From the sequence record NC_019407.1: DNA of 64,000 bases. The stretch is one strand, 5' to 3'. The position numbers were made by a program, and so were the translations under genes. This document shows positions 1 to 9,117 of the stretch, piece by piece (position 1 is the stretch's first letter; each line of letters starts with the position of its first letter). The notes below the pieces were generated by a model that was given only the letters and a program-made list of their open reading frames with translations, did no database searches and had not been told where the DNA came from.

Positions 1-779
1 GCGCCCTGGGCGAAGTTTTGTGGGACTACTATGACTTGCATTATTTCAAGCGCAAGCGGTCCGAGTGGAAGTACCAAAGATTTGCTTTGGTTTATCAACA
101 ACTTGCCGACGCGGCCTCGGACACCTCCATCGCGTCCAAGTTTCAGACCTATGATCACCTGCCGCACCTGGAGCCGAAGGTGCTCAAGGCCCGGCTTGAC
201 GCGGGTCACGCCGACGAGCGCGGGCGGCCGATTCCGGACCGCAAGGAGCACTTCCGGCGGGTGGTGGTCAGCGTCGACTCGGCCAACAAGCCCGGCGCCC
301 GCAACGACTACAGCGTCGCCCAGGTCTGGGGGGAGACCCACGCCCGCAAGCACTACCTGATCTACCAGGAGCGCAAGAAGGTCGACATCACCGGCCTGAC
401 CGAGATGATCGAGCGGGTGGCCAAGCGCTACGAGGTCGACGCCATCCTGGTCGAAGACAAGGGCAACGGCACCGCCTACATCCAGGCGCGGGGCCAGACC
501 GACAGCCAGCGGCGGCTCGCCCCGGCCCCGATCGAGGCGATCCAGGTCCCGAGCACCTATTCCAAGGAGTTCCGCTTCAACGAGATCGTCCCGATGATCG
601 AGGCCGGCGAGGTCTTCCTGCCGGGCAAGGCCCCGTGGCTCGACCTGCTGATCCGCGAAATCGGTCAGTTCCCCGAAGGCGCCCATGACGACCAAGTCGA
701 CGCCATGACGCAGTACCTCCGCTGGGCCAAGTCCAAGCGCACGCGGTTTGGCGCGCGCAAGGTCGGCTCGATGGGCTGA
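1..779 (+). CDS. terL: Terminase large subunit, C-terminal nuclease domain (5' truncated; frame open from window start)
   Basis: SVDSA...DYSV, ILVEDKGNG, SKEFR and HDDQVDAMTQ motifs typical of TerL RNase H-like nuclease domains. Confidence 0.9.
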   Translation, partial: ALGEVLWDYYDLHYFKRKRSEWKYQRFALVYQQLADAASDTSIASKFQTYDHLPHLEPKVLKARLDAGHADERGRPIPDRKEHFRRVVVSVDSANKPGARNDYSVAQVWGETHARKHYLIYQERKKVDITGLTEMIERVAKRYEVDAILVEDKGNGTAYIQARGQTDSQRRLAPAPIEAIQVPSTYSKEFRFNEIVPMIEAGEVFLPGKAPWLDLLIREIGQFPEGAHDDQVDAMTQYLRWAKSKRTRFGARKVGSMG

Positions 780-850
780 CGAGGCCCGTTAACCACGTTT
801 GTTAACCTCCGCCGGGGCCTTAACCCTAACACGGCGAGGGTTAACAGGCC

Positions 851-1005
851 AGGGACCCTTCGAAATTAACCTTTCGGGGACCCTGGGAAATCGTAAGGCG
901 GGGACCCTGGCCATTTTCCGCCTGGGGACCCTCCAAAATTCACCGTCGGGGACCCTGGGAAATTCATCTTCCGGGGACCCTGGCAAATTCAAAGCCGGGG
1001 ACCCT
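851..1005. repeat. Seven (A/G)GGGACCCT copies at 24-25 bp spacing
   Basis: Copies start at 851, 876, 900, 924, 948, 973 and 997, each followed by an A/T tract. Confidence 0.9.
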
Positions 1006-1013
1006 GGCGAATC

Positions 1014-1217
1014 ATGGAGCCGACGATGGCCGGATTTCTCAACCTGATCCCGAACCTCGCGCCGTTCGCGCTTTGGGGAATCCTCCTCTGGATCGCCGCC
1101 GAGGTGGTCTGGAGCGTCTGCCTCTGGGTCTATGGCCTGCGAACCCTGTTCAAGCTGCACCGTGACGATGTGGCCGAGGCCCTGACCCTGGAGCGGGCTC
1201 TGGCGCCGTTCGACTGA
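1014..1217 (+). CDS. Small membrane protein (67 aa)
   Basis: ATG start and a hydrophobic stretch (FALWGILLWIAAEVVWSVCLWVYGL). Confidence 0.6.
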   Translation: MEPTMAGFLNLIPNLAPFALWGILLWIAAEVVWSVCLWVYGLRTLFKLHRDDVAEALTLERALAPFD

Positions 1218-1286
1218 CCCAAGTCACGGACTGTAGGTTTCGTGACAAGGTGAGATATTCCACAACGATTTCAAAGGCTTACTGCG

Positions 1287-1535
1287 ATGTCGATCCGCAC
1301 GTTCTTCCACGATCTGGCCGTCCGTTTCGTCGTTTTGGGGTGGATTTTTGCCCGAAAACCGCTGAAATGGGCTCCAAAAGGGCATAATTTTCAGCCCAAA
1401 CCGCCGGTCCAGGTCGGCGCCCTGGCGGCCGGCTCGCTCCTCGCCCTCAGTCTGGCGCTCGGCGGGCTCTGGTTCCGCTTCACGTTTCCGGACAAAAGTC
1501 AAGTGGTCTCGCGCCGGCCGCAGGCTATGTCATAG
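1287..1535 (+). CDS. Small membrane protein (82 aa)
   Basis: ORF track; C-terminal hydrophobic segment. Confidence 0.5.
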   Translation: MSIRTFFHDLAVRFVVLGWIFARKPLKWAPKGHNFQPKPPVQVGALAAGSLLALSLALGGLWFRFTFPDKSQVVSRRPQAMS

Positions 1536-1596
1536 ACCGTGGGCTTCGTGACCAGATCACGCTTCCGTTACCGCTCCAGCCCTTGTGAGGCCTCGG

Positions 1597-1701
1597 ATGT
1601 TCGCCTTTCTCCGCCGGCTCAGCCTCGCCGCCGTCCATGGCGTGCTCTGGGCGATCCTCCTGGCGATGTACGCCGTGGGCGGGCCGCGCCGCGCGCCCTA
1701 A
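1597..1701 (+). CDS. 34-aa hydrophobic peptide MFAFLRRLSLAAVHGVLWAILLAMYAVGGPRRAP
   Basis: Read by eye; below the ORF-track cutoff; phage-like codon usage. Confidence 0.45.
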   Translation: MFAFLRRLSLAAVHGVLWAILLAMYAVGGPRRAP

Positions 1702-1782
1702 AGCGCCATATCTGACGCCTAAGGCCCCCTAAGGCCTCATCTGTGAGACATTCAACGCCCTCGTGTTCCTCTGAACGCGGGG

Positions 1783-1896
1783 GCGTTTTGACGTCGGCGC
1801 ATTTTTGACTTGACGCGCGAGCGTTTTGACGCGGGCGCATTTTCGATTCGACGCGCGAGCGTTTTGACGTCCGAGCATTTTTCAACTTGACGTCGT
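1783..1896. repeat. Three imperfect 38-bp tandem repeats beginning GCGTTTTGACG
   Basis: Units start at 1783, 1821 and 1859; most contain two TTGACG-like hexamers. Confidence 0.85.
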
Positions 1897-1921
1897 TCCA
1901 TTTACCGGGAGCGCCTTAGGG

Positions 1922-2088
1922 TTAACGCCGGCCGCCGAGCCCTGGGGCGATTTACCACCGCCACGTTAACCTAACGCCTGTTAACCTATCGGTTGTTAAG
2001 GTTAACGCCCCGTTAGGGTTAACGCCCCTTAACCCTGCCCGCGTTAAGGTTAACGCGCCCGCCGCCCGGCCCTACCCGTTAACCTTAA
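1922..2088. promoter_or_regulatory. Dense cluster of TTAA(C) CtrA-like half sites
   Basis: 11 TTAA in ~170 bp of otherwise very GC-rich non-coding DNA. Confidence 0.6.
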
Positions 2089-2199
2089 CCGCCAGACCCC
2101 CGCGCCCAGGCCCTACCCGGTAGGGCCTGACGGCCCTACCGGGTATGACCCCGCGCCCCGGCGGAGGCCAGGGACCGCCCCGGCGCTTTTTCGCGCCCG

Positions 2200-2231
2200 T
2201 TTACCTTTTGTTAACGTCTGGCCTCTAGGGT
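2200..2231 (+). promoter_or_regulatory. CtrA-box early promoter
   Basis: TTTA-N7-TTAAC-N10-TAGGGT. Confidence 0.75.
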
Positions 2232-2279
2232 CGCCCTTGTCCCCGCCGCACTCCCGCGCCGGGCAAGGAGCTTCCCGCC

Positions 2280-2465
2280 ATGGTCCCCGACTCGATCATG
2301 AACCCCCGCGACCACTTCCACCGCCTGCGCGAGGAAACCGCCCGCGCTCTGGTCGAGGCCTTCGCCGAAACCGACCCCGGCGAGGATTACCGCGCCGAGG
2401 AAAAGGCCGGCGCGTGGGTTGTCGCCTATTACGACGCGGCGGGCGAATTCGTCGCCTATCTCTAA
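2280..2465 (+). CDS. Hypothetical early protein (61 aa)
   Basis: SD AAGGAG, ATG. Confidence 0.75.
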   Translation: MVPDSIMNPRDHFHRLREETARALVEAFAETDPGEDYRAEEKAGAWVVAYYDAAGEFVAYL

Positions 2466-2489
2466 CCGCCTTCGCCCCCTGGCGCCGCG

Positions 2490-2521
2490 TTAACGGTTTG
2501 TTAACATGTCGGCGCCAGGGT
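2490..2521 (+). promoter_or_regulatory. CtrA-box early promoter
   Basis: Perfect TTAA-N7-TTAAC, then N10-CAGGGT. Confidence 0.75.
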
Positions 2522-2564
2522 CGCCCTAGCCCGGCGCGTCGCCGCGCCTTCGGAGAAAACCGCC

Positions 2565-3368
2565 ATGCTCTACACCCCCGCCGCCCGCCGCCTTCGCGGC
2601 TATCGCGAAACCGCCGCGAAGAACGCCGAAATTCACGCCCGCCCGCACATGGCCGGCAACGTCGCCGGCTACAACGAGTCGGTGTGGCCGACGACGGCGC
2701 TAGGCGTCGCCGCCAAGGCCGGCGCCTTCAAGCGCCCCGAAACCGCCGGCAACTGGTCGGAGGATCGCAAAGCCTATTACGCCCCCGCGTGGCCGGCCGG
2801 CTGGCGCGTGCTGGGCACGGCCGAAGAGGTCTGCCGCAAGGAAGGATCGCGCCGGGTGGAACATTCCGGATGGTACACGACGCCCGACGACTACAGCGCC
2901 ACGCTTTCGGGCTATGTGCTGCAAATCCCCGCCCGCGACGGGGTCGCCCAATACGTCGCCGGGACCGCCCATAGTGAATGGGACGGGGTGACCCTCTACC
3001 CCGCCGACCGCTACGACAACCCGCTTGACGCGGCGAGCGCCGCCGACCGTCACGCCGAACGCGACGCCGAAGAGGAACGCGAATATCAAACCGCGTGGCA
3101 AGCGGGCCAGCGCTACGCCGAACTCGGCGCCGAAGCCAAGGAGGCCCGCAAGGAAGCGCTGGCGATCCTCGCCGAACGCCGCAAGGTCAAGGGGCTGGAA
3201 ACCCCCGCCTTGTGCGGCGCGATCCGGGCGCAGGTCGAGGCCCTGCTAGGCCGGATCGAAGAGGCGCGCGAGGCCCGCGCCAAGCTCAAGGAAGGCGAGG
3301 ATTCGCGCCTCATGTTCTACCCCTCCGCCCGCCTCGTCGCGGCCTTCAATGACGGGGCGGCCGGGTGA
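2565..3368 (+). CDS. Hypothetical early protein (267 aa)
   Basis: SD GGAG, GC3-biased ORF. Confidence 0.8.
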   Translation: MLYTPAARRLRGYRETAAKNAEIHARPHMAGNVAGYNESVWPTTALGVAAKAGAFKRPETAGNWSEDRKAYYAPAWPAGWRVLGTAEEVCRKEGSRRVEHSGWYTTPDDYSATLSGYVLQIPARDGVAQYVAGTAHSEWDGVTLYPADRYDNPLDAASAADRHAERDAEEEREYQTAWQAGQRYAELGAEAKEARKEALAILAERRKVKGLETPALCGAIRAQVEALLGRIEEAREARAKLKEGEDSRLMFYPSARLVAAFNDGAAG

Positions 3369-3574
3369 AGGTCGCCCGCGACGCCTTCGCCGTGTTCTGG
3401 ACCCTCCCCGCCGGAGGGGTCCAATTTCATGCGGACATGAAACGGGCGCTCTACCCGACCGCCCGCGACGCCGCCCGCGCTTTTCGCGCCATGTTCCCCC
3501 GTGACCGCGTTCGGAGCGTCCGCGACGCCTCCGGCCGCTTCCTGGCCTTCAAGGAGTCCAACCCGTGCGCCTGA
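3365..3574 (+). CDS. Hypothetical early protein (69 aa)
   Basis: GTGA overlap with the upstream stop. Confidence 0.65.
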   Translation: MKVARDAFAVFWTLPAGGVQFHADMKRALYPTARDAARAFRAMFPRDRVRSVRDASGRFLAFKESNPCA

Positions 3575-3846
3575 CTAGCTACAACGTCAACGGAACCGGC
3601 TTTAAGGGCGGCTCCGCCCCGCCCGTCCCCGCCCAAGGCCTGACCGGGCACGCCGACGGCTTGAACCTTTGGGTTCCCTCGCGCGAGCATATCGCCGCCA
3701 TGCTCCCGCAACGCTGGCGCCACGCCTTCGCCCACGCGGCGTTTTGGTATGACGCGCACGACAACAAAAAGCCGTGCCGCGCCGACCTCTACGACTCGCG
3801 CGGCCGGTACCTGACTCAGGTCTGGGCGCACCCGGTTTTCAGCTAG
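3565..3846 (+). CDS. Hypothetical early protein (93 aa)
   Basis: SD AAGGAG before GTG. Confidence 0.7.
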   Translation: MRLTSYNVNGTGFKGGSAPPVPAQGLTGHADGLNLWVPSREHIAAMLPQRWRHAFAHAAFWYDAHDNKKPCRADLYDSRGRYLTQVWAHPVFS

Positions 3847-3852
3847 GCCAGG

Positions 3853-3880
3853 ACGCCCCGGAAGATTTTCCGGGGCGTTT
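3853..3880 (+). terminator. Intrinsic terminator-like hairpin
   Basis: ACGCCCCGGAA/TTCCGGGGCGT stem followed by T's, abutting the next promoter. Confidence 0.6.
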
Positions 3881-3909
3881 ACCTTTTGTTAACTTCTGGC
3901 CTCTAGGGT
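3878..3909 (+). promoter_or_regulatory. CtrA-box early promoter
   Basis: TTTA-N7-TTAAC-N10-TAGGGT. Confidence 0.75.
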
Positions 3910-3967
3910 GACTTTCGCCGCCGGGCAATCCCGCCCGCCGGACCCTCTTTCAAGGATTGCTCCCGTC

Positions 3968-5020
3968 ATGACCTCTCATTCCATGGTCGCGCACCGTTGG
4001 GCGCAGGACGACGAGAACGGCCGCACCGCGCGCGGCTTCAACATGTATTTCGAGCGCTACGGGCGCGGCGCCGACCGCGTCAACGTGATTTTTTCCTACG
4101 GGACTCACTTCCCGGCCGCCGCCTTCGTGACCGACGCGCACGGCCGCCGCGTGGTCCTCTACACGACGCACCGCCGGAGCGTTTCGACCGCGAAACACCT
4201 TTCCCACATCCGCCACGCGATTCCGTCGGGCGTGCCGGTGTTTTCCGTGCCGAACGTGTCGCGGATGCACAAGCCGGGCGGCGCGGGCGACTTCCACGGG
4301 GACAACCTGCGCGCCTATATCGAGAGCGCCGCCGGCCTCGCCGAAAAGGCCAAGCGCGCCCGCGTCAACGGCCCTTGGCTGCTTAGCCAAGCCCGCGACC
4401 AACTCGCCGAAGCGCAACGCTACGCCGACGCCTTCAAGGTCAAGGGCTTCAAGGTCCCGGCCTTGGAAGACGTCGCCGGCCAATGGGCGAAGATGACGGC
4501 CGCCAAGGCGCGGGCCGAAGCCAAGGCCCGCAAGGAAGCCGAAAAGCGCGCCCGCGAAGCCCGCGAAGCCGAACGGCTCGCCGACGCCGAAGCCTTCGCC
4601 GCTTGGATGCGCGGCGAGCGCCAGAGCGCCCCGTTTAGCTACCGGGTGCGCGATGACGGGACCGTCTATCTTCGCCGCTTCCGGGGCGTGGTCCGCGACC
4701 TGCGCAGCCAAGAGCGCGACGGCTCGCGCGTCGATGAACTGCAAACCTCGCAAGGCGCGGCCGTGCCGTGGGAACACGCGGTCAAGGCCTTCCGGTTCAT
4801 CAAGCTTTGCCGCGAACGCGGCGAGAGCTTCCACCGCAACGGCCGGGTGATTCGCGTCGGACACTTCCAAGTTGACGCGATCAGCCCGAACGGGGACATG
4901 ACGGCCGGTTGCCACCGGTTCGCGTGGGATGAAATCGAACGCATCGCCAGGGCCGAAGGGGTTTTCGACCTCCCCGCCGACGCCGGCGCCGTCGAAACCC
5001 GGCAAGCCGAACCGGCCTAA
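3968..5020 (+). CDS. Hypothetical early protein (350 aa)
   Basis: ATG at 3968 after SD AAGGA; the ORF-track start at 3908 lies in the leader. Confidence 0.8.
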   Translation: MTSHSMVAHRWAQDDENGRTARGFNMYFERYGRGADRVNVIFSYGTHFPAAAFVTDAHGRRVVLYTTHRRSVSTAKHLSHIRHAIPSGVPVFSVPNVSRMHKPGGAGDFHGDNLRAYIESAAGLAEKAKRARVNGPWLLSQARDQLAEAQRYADAFKVKGFKVPALEDVAGQWAKMTAAKARAEAKARKEAEKRAREAREAERLADAEAFAAWMRGERQSAPFSYRVRDDGTVYLRRFRGVVRDLRSQERDGSRVDELQTSQGAAVPWEHAVKAFRFIKLCRERGESFHRNGRVIRVGHFQVDAISPNGDMTAGCHRFAWDEIERIARAEGVFDLPADAGAVETRQAEPA

Positions 5021-5075
5021 GCCTCCCCGCCCCTCTCGCGCCCCGGCTCCCCGCCGGGGCGTTTTCGTGTACGCG

Positions 5076-5107
5076 GTAACCTTTTGTTAACTTCTGGCCT
5101 CTAGGGT
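5076..5107 (+). promoter_or_regulatory. CtrA-box early promoter
   Basis: GTAA-N7-TTAAC-N10-TAGGGT; leader nearly identical to the one at 3878. Confidence 0.75.
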
Positions 5108-5155
5108 GACTTTCGCCGCCGGGCAATCCCGCCCGCCGGCCAAGGATCGCAGACT

Positions 5156-5455
5156 ATGAATCTTTTCGTTGTCGCCATTGACCCCGCCCTCATCCCTTCG
5201 GCCGCCGGCTTTGTGGTCGCCTCCCCCTACGGGTGCGGCAAGTGGCGCGCGTGCGTCGGGAGCGAGGCGGACATGATCGCGCTTCGCGACAAGATGCGCC
5301 GCGCGCACCCGGCCCCGGAAGGCTACAGCGTCCAGCCCCTGGCGTCGTTCCTGGCCTATCTGGAGACGGTCGGGCAAAGCCCTTATGACCAGTTTCGCGC
5401 CCGCGACGCCGCCGCCCGCATCCTTGACACCCTGACAACGCACCTCGCCGCCTAG
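5156..5455 (+). CDS. Hypothetical early protein (99 aa)
   Basis: SD AAGGA, ATG. Confidence 0.75.
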   Translation: MNLFVVAIDPALIPSAAGFVVASPYGCGKWRACVGSEADMIALRDKMRRAHPAPEGYSVQPLASFLAYLETVGQSPYDQFRARDAAARILDTLTTHLAA

Positions 5456-5514
5456 CCCCGCCTAGCCCCCGGCCGCGCGCCGGGGGCGCTTTTCCCTCGA
5501 AAGGATCGCCGACC

Positions 5515-5823
5515 ATGACAACCCGTCTTATCGCCGTTCGCGCGCCGACCGCCGCCGAACTCGCCGACCCGTCCAGCCGCGCGGGCGGCGCCGAAGTCGT
5601 CTTTGTGCGGCGCGACCGCGAAGGCCGCACGCGCCTTGTGTTCGCCGCGACCTGCTACGGCTCATATCAGCAATGGGGCGAAACCCGCGACGTGCTCGCC
5701 GACAACGTCGAGGCGGTCACCGTCTGGGCCGAAGGTATGGCGGCCGTCGCCGACCTCATCGACGAGGACGACGATTTCGAGGGCGACGACGCCCCGGCCG
5801 AAGACGACGACGGGGAGGCGTGA
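5515..5823 (+). CDS. Hypothetical early protein with acidic C-tail (102 aa)
   Basis: SD AAGGA; DEDDDFEGDD tail. Confidence 0.75.
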   Translation: MTTRLIAVRAPTAAELADPSSRAGGAEVVFVRRDREGRTRLVFAATCYGSYQQWGETRDVLADNVEAVTVWAEGMAAVADLIDEDDDFEGDDAPAEDDDGEA

Positions 5824-5826
5824 GCC

Positions 5827-6246
5827 ATGCGCACAACCAAGGCTCAACGCTTCGCCGCCATCGCCTTTGACGCCCTGGCCAAGGCCCTAAGCGAGCCGCG
5901 CCAAGCCGTCGCCCGCGTGACCAAATGGGAGGGCGCGGGTCATAGCTTCGCCAACCTGCAACGCGATTATGAGCGGTACGGCCCCGGCTCGCGCTCATGG
6001 TTCGGCCGGGCTGAAATGCGCTTCTTTGGGACGCGCCTAGAGGCCGCGCCGCTGGATTTCCCGGCGCTGGGCTGCACCCTCTTTCTGACCTCCGAAACCC
6101 CGCCCGGCGCCGGCCGGGTCTGGACCCTTCGCGCCTATGTCTGGGCTTCGGCCGATATCACCACGCTAACCCATGGCGACGAAACCGACGCGGCGACCGC
6201 GCAAGCGGCCTTTGACCTGCTTTGGAGGGTCCTTTCGCAGCGGTAA
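5827..6246 (+). CDS. Hypothetical early protein (139 aa)
   Basis: ATG 3 nt after the previous stop. Confidence 0.7.
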   Translation: MRTTKAQRFAAIAFDALAKALSEPRQAVARVTKWEGAGHSFANLQRDYERYGPGSRSWFGRAEMRFFGTRLEAAPLDFPALGCTLFLTSETPPGAGRVWTLRAYVWASADITTLTHGDETDAATAQAAFDLLWRVLSQR

Positions 6247-6274
6247 CCTTTTGTTAACTTCTGCCCGCTAGGGT
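6243..6274 (+). promoter_or_regulatory. CtrA-box early promoter
   Basis: GTAA-N7-TTAAC-N10-TAGGGT. Confidence 0.75.
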
Positions 6275-6322
6275 CTTCTTGCGGCCGGGCAATCCCGCCC
6301 GGCCGCCCAAGGATTGGACCGC

Positions 6323-6595
6323 ATGACCCGCGCTCAAGCCCTCGCCGAAATGAACGCCCTTCCCGGTATCATCGCCTCCTTTGAGCGCGAGACGGGTGAA
6401 TATCGCGTCACCCTGCGCTTTGGTCCGCTCCCCATGGGGCGCGGCGCCCAAGAGTGGATGCACGCGCGCCGCGAAGCCGTCGCCAGCTACAGCGACGACA
6501 AGGCCGACGCCCTGGCCACCGCCCGCGACATGTCCGCCCGCTGGGAGGCGATGAGCGCCGAAGAGCGTTCGCGCCTCTATCATAACCCCGCCTAA
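6323..6595 (+). CDS. Hypothetical early protein (90 aa)
   Basis: SD AAGGA, ATG at 6323. Confidence 0.7.
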   Translation: MTRAQALAEMNALPGIIASFERETGEYRVTLRFGPLPMGRGAQEWMHARREAVASYSDDKADALATARDMSARWEAMSAEERSRLYHNPA

Positions 6596-6661
6596 AGCCC
6601 CGCGCGCCGCCCTGGCCTTCGCCGGGGCGGCTCCCTCAACCCCTCGCAAGGATCGCACCCC

Positions 6662-6946
6662 ATGACCGCCCGTAAGCCCCTGACCAAGGAACAAAAGGCC
6701 CGCCGCCGCGCGACCCGTCGCGCCGCCCGCCTCAACTGGTCGGATGAGCGCCGCGCTCGCGAATTCGAGCGTCAAGCCCGCTTCTTCCTGATGATCGCCA
6801 CCCACGCCCAAGGCGCCGGCCAAGGCCAGGAAGCCGCCCGCCTCGCCACGGTCGCGCAACGCAAGGTCACAAACTGGCGCATGGCGCAGGCCTGCGCCCG
6901 GATTAACGCCCTGGCCGCGCATCCGTTCGCGGCCGTGGTCGCCTAA
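6662..6946 (+). CDS. Hypothetical basic early protein (94 aa)
   Basis: SD AAGGA; Arg/Lys-rich N-terminus. Confidence 0.7.
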   Translation: MTARKPLTKEQKARRRATRRAARLNWSDERRAREFERQARFFLMIATHAQGAGQGQEAARLATVAQRKVTNWRMAQACARINALAAHPFAAVVA

Positions 6947-6959
6947 GGAGGCCCGCCCG

Positions 6960-7142
6960 ATGACGCACCCTCACGCCCTGGCGCTGATCGCCCTCGCTGA
7001 AAAGGTGTTGCCGCTTACCCGGCTGCACCCGCTCGACCAACGCGCCGCCGCCGTCGATCTAATCGGCGACCTCTACCGCCTCGCCGACGATATCGACGCG
7101 ACCCCGCAAGCCGCCGCCCTGGCGCAACCGAAGGCCGCCTAA
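6960..7142 (+). CDS. Hypothetical early protein (60 aa)
   Basis: SD AAGGAGG. Confidence 0.75.
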   Translation: MTHPHALALIALAEKVLPLTRLHPLDQRAAAVDLIGDLYRLADDIDATPQAAALAQPKAA

Positions 7143-7145
7143 GCC

Positions 7146-7736
7146 ATGAACCCGAACCGCTACCGCCTCGCGCCCCGCGACCGCTTCAGCCGTGAGCTTT
7201 CCGAAACGCTCTATCAGGCGGCCGAAGCCGTCGCCCGCGTGATTCCGCTCATGCCGGAGTCCGCCCCCGATGAGCGCCGCGCGCTGGGCAAGGTCCGCGC
7301 CGACCTTCTAACCCATAGCGCCGGCGCCCTTGTTCCCAAGCCGCCGGCCGCCGTGCTCGCAACCCTCATTTGGGTTGTCGAGATGGCGCAAGATCGCGCC
7401 ACAAACGCCGATTTCAACACCGCCCAAGAGGGACTCGACGAACACGAGTCCCTCGCCTTTGTCGCCGACTGGCTGGAGGCCGAAGGCCTAGACGTGACGC
7501 CGATTCGCAACGCGCAACCGTCCGCCGACGCCCTGGCCGAACTCGCCGCCCGCCGCGACGCCGAACAAGCGGCGCTAGACGCCTTGGAGGCCGAAGCCCT
7601 GGCCGAAGCGCCGGGCGACGTGATCACCGACATCTTGCGCCCTTATCTGGGCTCCATCCTGGCCGAAACCCACGCCGACGACGTGCTAGACGCCCTCACG
7701 CGCGCCGGCTTCCAAATCACCCGCAAGGAGGCCTAA
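7146..7736 (+). CDS. Hypothetical early protein (196 aa)
   Basis: ATG right after the upstream stop. Confidence 0.75.
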   Translation: MNPNRYRLAPRDRFSRELSETLYQAAEAVARVIPLMPESAPDERRALGKVRADLLTHSAGALVPKPPAAVLATLIWVVEMAQDRATNADFNTAQEGLDEHESLAFVADWLEAEGLDVTPIRNAQPSADALAELAARRDAEQAALDALEAEALAEAPGDVITDILRPYLGSILAETHADDVLDALTRAGFQITRKEA

Positions 7737-7741
7737 AGCCC

Positions 7742-8311
7742 ATGACCGACTCCGCCAAGATCACCGGCGCGCTCGCGCTACTCGCCGTCGCGGCCGATAA
7801 TCTCCGCCAAGGCCCGGCCATGTCCAAAGCCGCCGACAACGTCACCAACGTCTGTAACTACGCCCTGACGCGCGCGGCCATGCTCAAGGCCGCCGACCAA
7901 ATCGGCGAGGCGCTGGAGGCGCTGGGCGCCCTGCAAGCGGGCGGCTATGTGATCGCCCGCCGCCGCGACGTTTTCACCGATGCGGGCGAGAAGCTGGGCG
8001 ACCTGTTGGCGGCGCTTTATGACGCCGTCCCGAACTACGCCGTAAGATCGCAGCGCCTCGCCGACGCCCTGGCCCCGGCGCGAAATTACGTCTATCAGCC
8101 CCGGTTCCGGGTCAAGCTGGACGCCGCGCCCGGCGCGCTTTTGACCGACTGCGACACGGGCGCAACGGTCTATTTCCAGCCGGGCGACGACGCCGACGCC
8201 TTCCGGGCCGAATTCGCCCCGTGGGTTCACGCCGCCAACGTGACGGGCGACGGCGCGGCCCTGGCCTCGATGATGAACCCGACCGCCGAAGAGTATTTCA
8301 GCCCCGCCTAA
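7742..8311 (+). CDS. Hypothetical early protein (189 aa)
   Basis: SD AAGGAGG; ATG at 7742 within the ORF-track frame 7370..8311. Confidence 0.75.
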   Translation: MTDSAKITGALALLAVAADNLRQGPAMSKAADNVTNVCNYALTRAAMLKAADQIGEALEALGALQAGGYVIARRRDVFTDAGEKLGDLLAALYDAVPNYAVRSQRLADALAPARNYVYQPRFRVKLDAAPGALLTDCDTGATVYFQPGDDADAFRAEFAPWVHAANVTGDGAALASMMNPTAEEYFSPA

Positions 8312-8492
8312 GTCATCATTCCTACCGTCTATGACTTGTCACCGGCCGAAGTCTTACCCGGTGACAGTCTGGGCAAGTAAAGCTCACTCTGGATTTTATG
8401 ACTTAGCGCAAAGGATTGAAATTGCTCGAAAAATTCCTAGAAGCTCACAAAGTCGTTTTCTGGCTGCTCTTGCTGGCCTGTTTGTGGCGCTT

Positions 8493-8525
8493 TTAACGGT
8501 TTGTTAACCCCTGGCCCTCTAGGGT
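8493..8525 (+). promoter_or_regulatory. CtrA-box early promoter
   Basis: Perfect TTAA-N7-TTAAC, then N11-TAGGGT. Confidence 0.75.
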
Positions 8526-8579
8526 CGAATTCCCGGCGCGGCAATCCCGCCGCCCGGCCTTCCTTCGGAGCTTCTGATC

Positions 8580-9026
8580 ATGTTCGCTTCCGTGACCCTT
8601 CCCGCCCATGACGCCCAAGGCCTGAGCCTCGAAACCGTCCACATGGTTTTCGCCCGTGAACTGGCGCAACACTTCGAGCACGTAATTTCCGCCCCCGTGA
8701 TCGAAAGCTGGACCGACGAGGAAACCGGCGCCGTGCAAGAGCAAGCCGCCGTTTGCTTCACCGTTTCGGCGACCCCGGCCGCGTGGGAAGCCAAGGGCGG
8801 CCGGCTCGCGCGCCGGCTGGAAAACCTCGCCGCGCGCTATGCCGCCGACTGCGACGCCCCGGCCCTGACTGTCACCCATTGCGACGGGCAAACGGTCTAT
8901 GTCGGCGCTCTGGAAGCCCTGGCGCGCCCCGCCCCGGTGCAAGGCCCGACCCGCGCGGCGGACCCGGCTTTCCTCCCCCGCCAGCGTGAAGACAAGGCCG
9001 CCCGCTTCGATCGCCTGACCGCCTAG
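8580..9026 (+). CDS. Hypothetical early protein (148 aa)
   Basis: SD GGAG, ATG. Confidence 0.75.
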   Translation: MFASVTLPAHDAQGLSLETVHMVFARELAQHFEHVISAPVIESWTDEETGAVQEQAAVCFTVSATPAAWEAKGGRLARRLENLAARYAADCDAPALTVTHCDGQTVYVGALEALARPAPVQGPTRAADPAFLPRQREDKAARFDRLTA

Positions 9027-9042
9027 CCCCTGGCCTCCCCCT

Positions 9043-9076
9043 AGCGCACCGCCCCTAGAAAGGCGGTGCGCTTTTC
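9043..9076 (+). terminator. Intrinsic terminator
   Basis: AGCGCACCGCC/GGCGGTGCGCT stem followed by TTTCT. Confidence 0.75.
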
Positions 9077-9084
9077 TGTGTCTG

Positions 9085-9117
9085 TTTACTTGTTGTTAAG
9101 GAATAGCCTGCTAGTGT
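9085..9117 (+). promoter_or_regulatory. CtrA-box early promoter
   Basis: TTTA-N7-TTAAG-N11-TAGTGT. Confidence 0.65.

Noticed and set aside
15-110. AT-richer patch in terL suggesting intron, intein or gene conversion
   Set aside because: The frame stays open and no splice or intein motifs are visible; upstream context is outside the window.
851-1005. CRISPR-like array
   Set aside because: The repeat is only 9 bp with ~15-bp spacers, far shorter than CRISPR units, and there are no cas genes.
3917-3941. c-di-GMP-I riboswitch (GGGCAAACC-like)
   Set aside because: Only GGGCAATCC resembles it; no second hairpin or tetraloop-receptor; folds better as a simple AAUCCC-loop stem.
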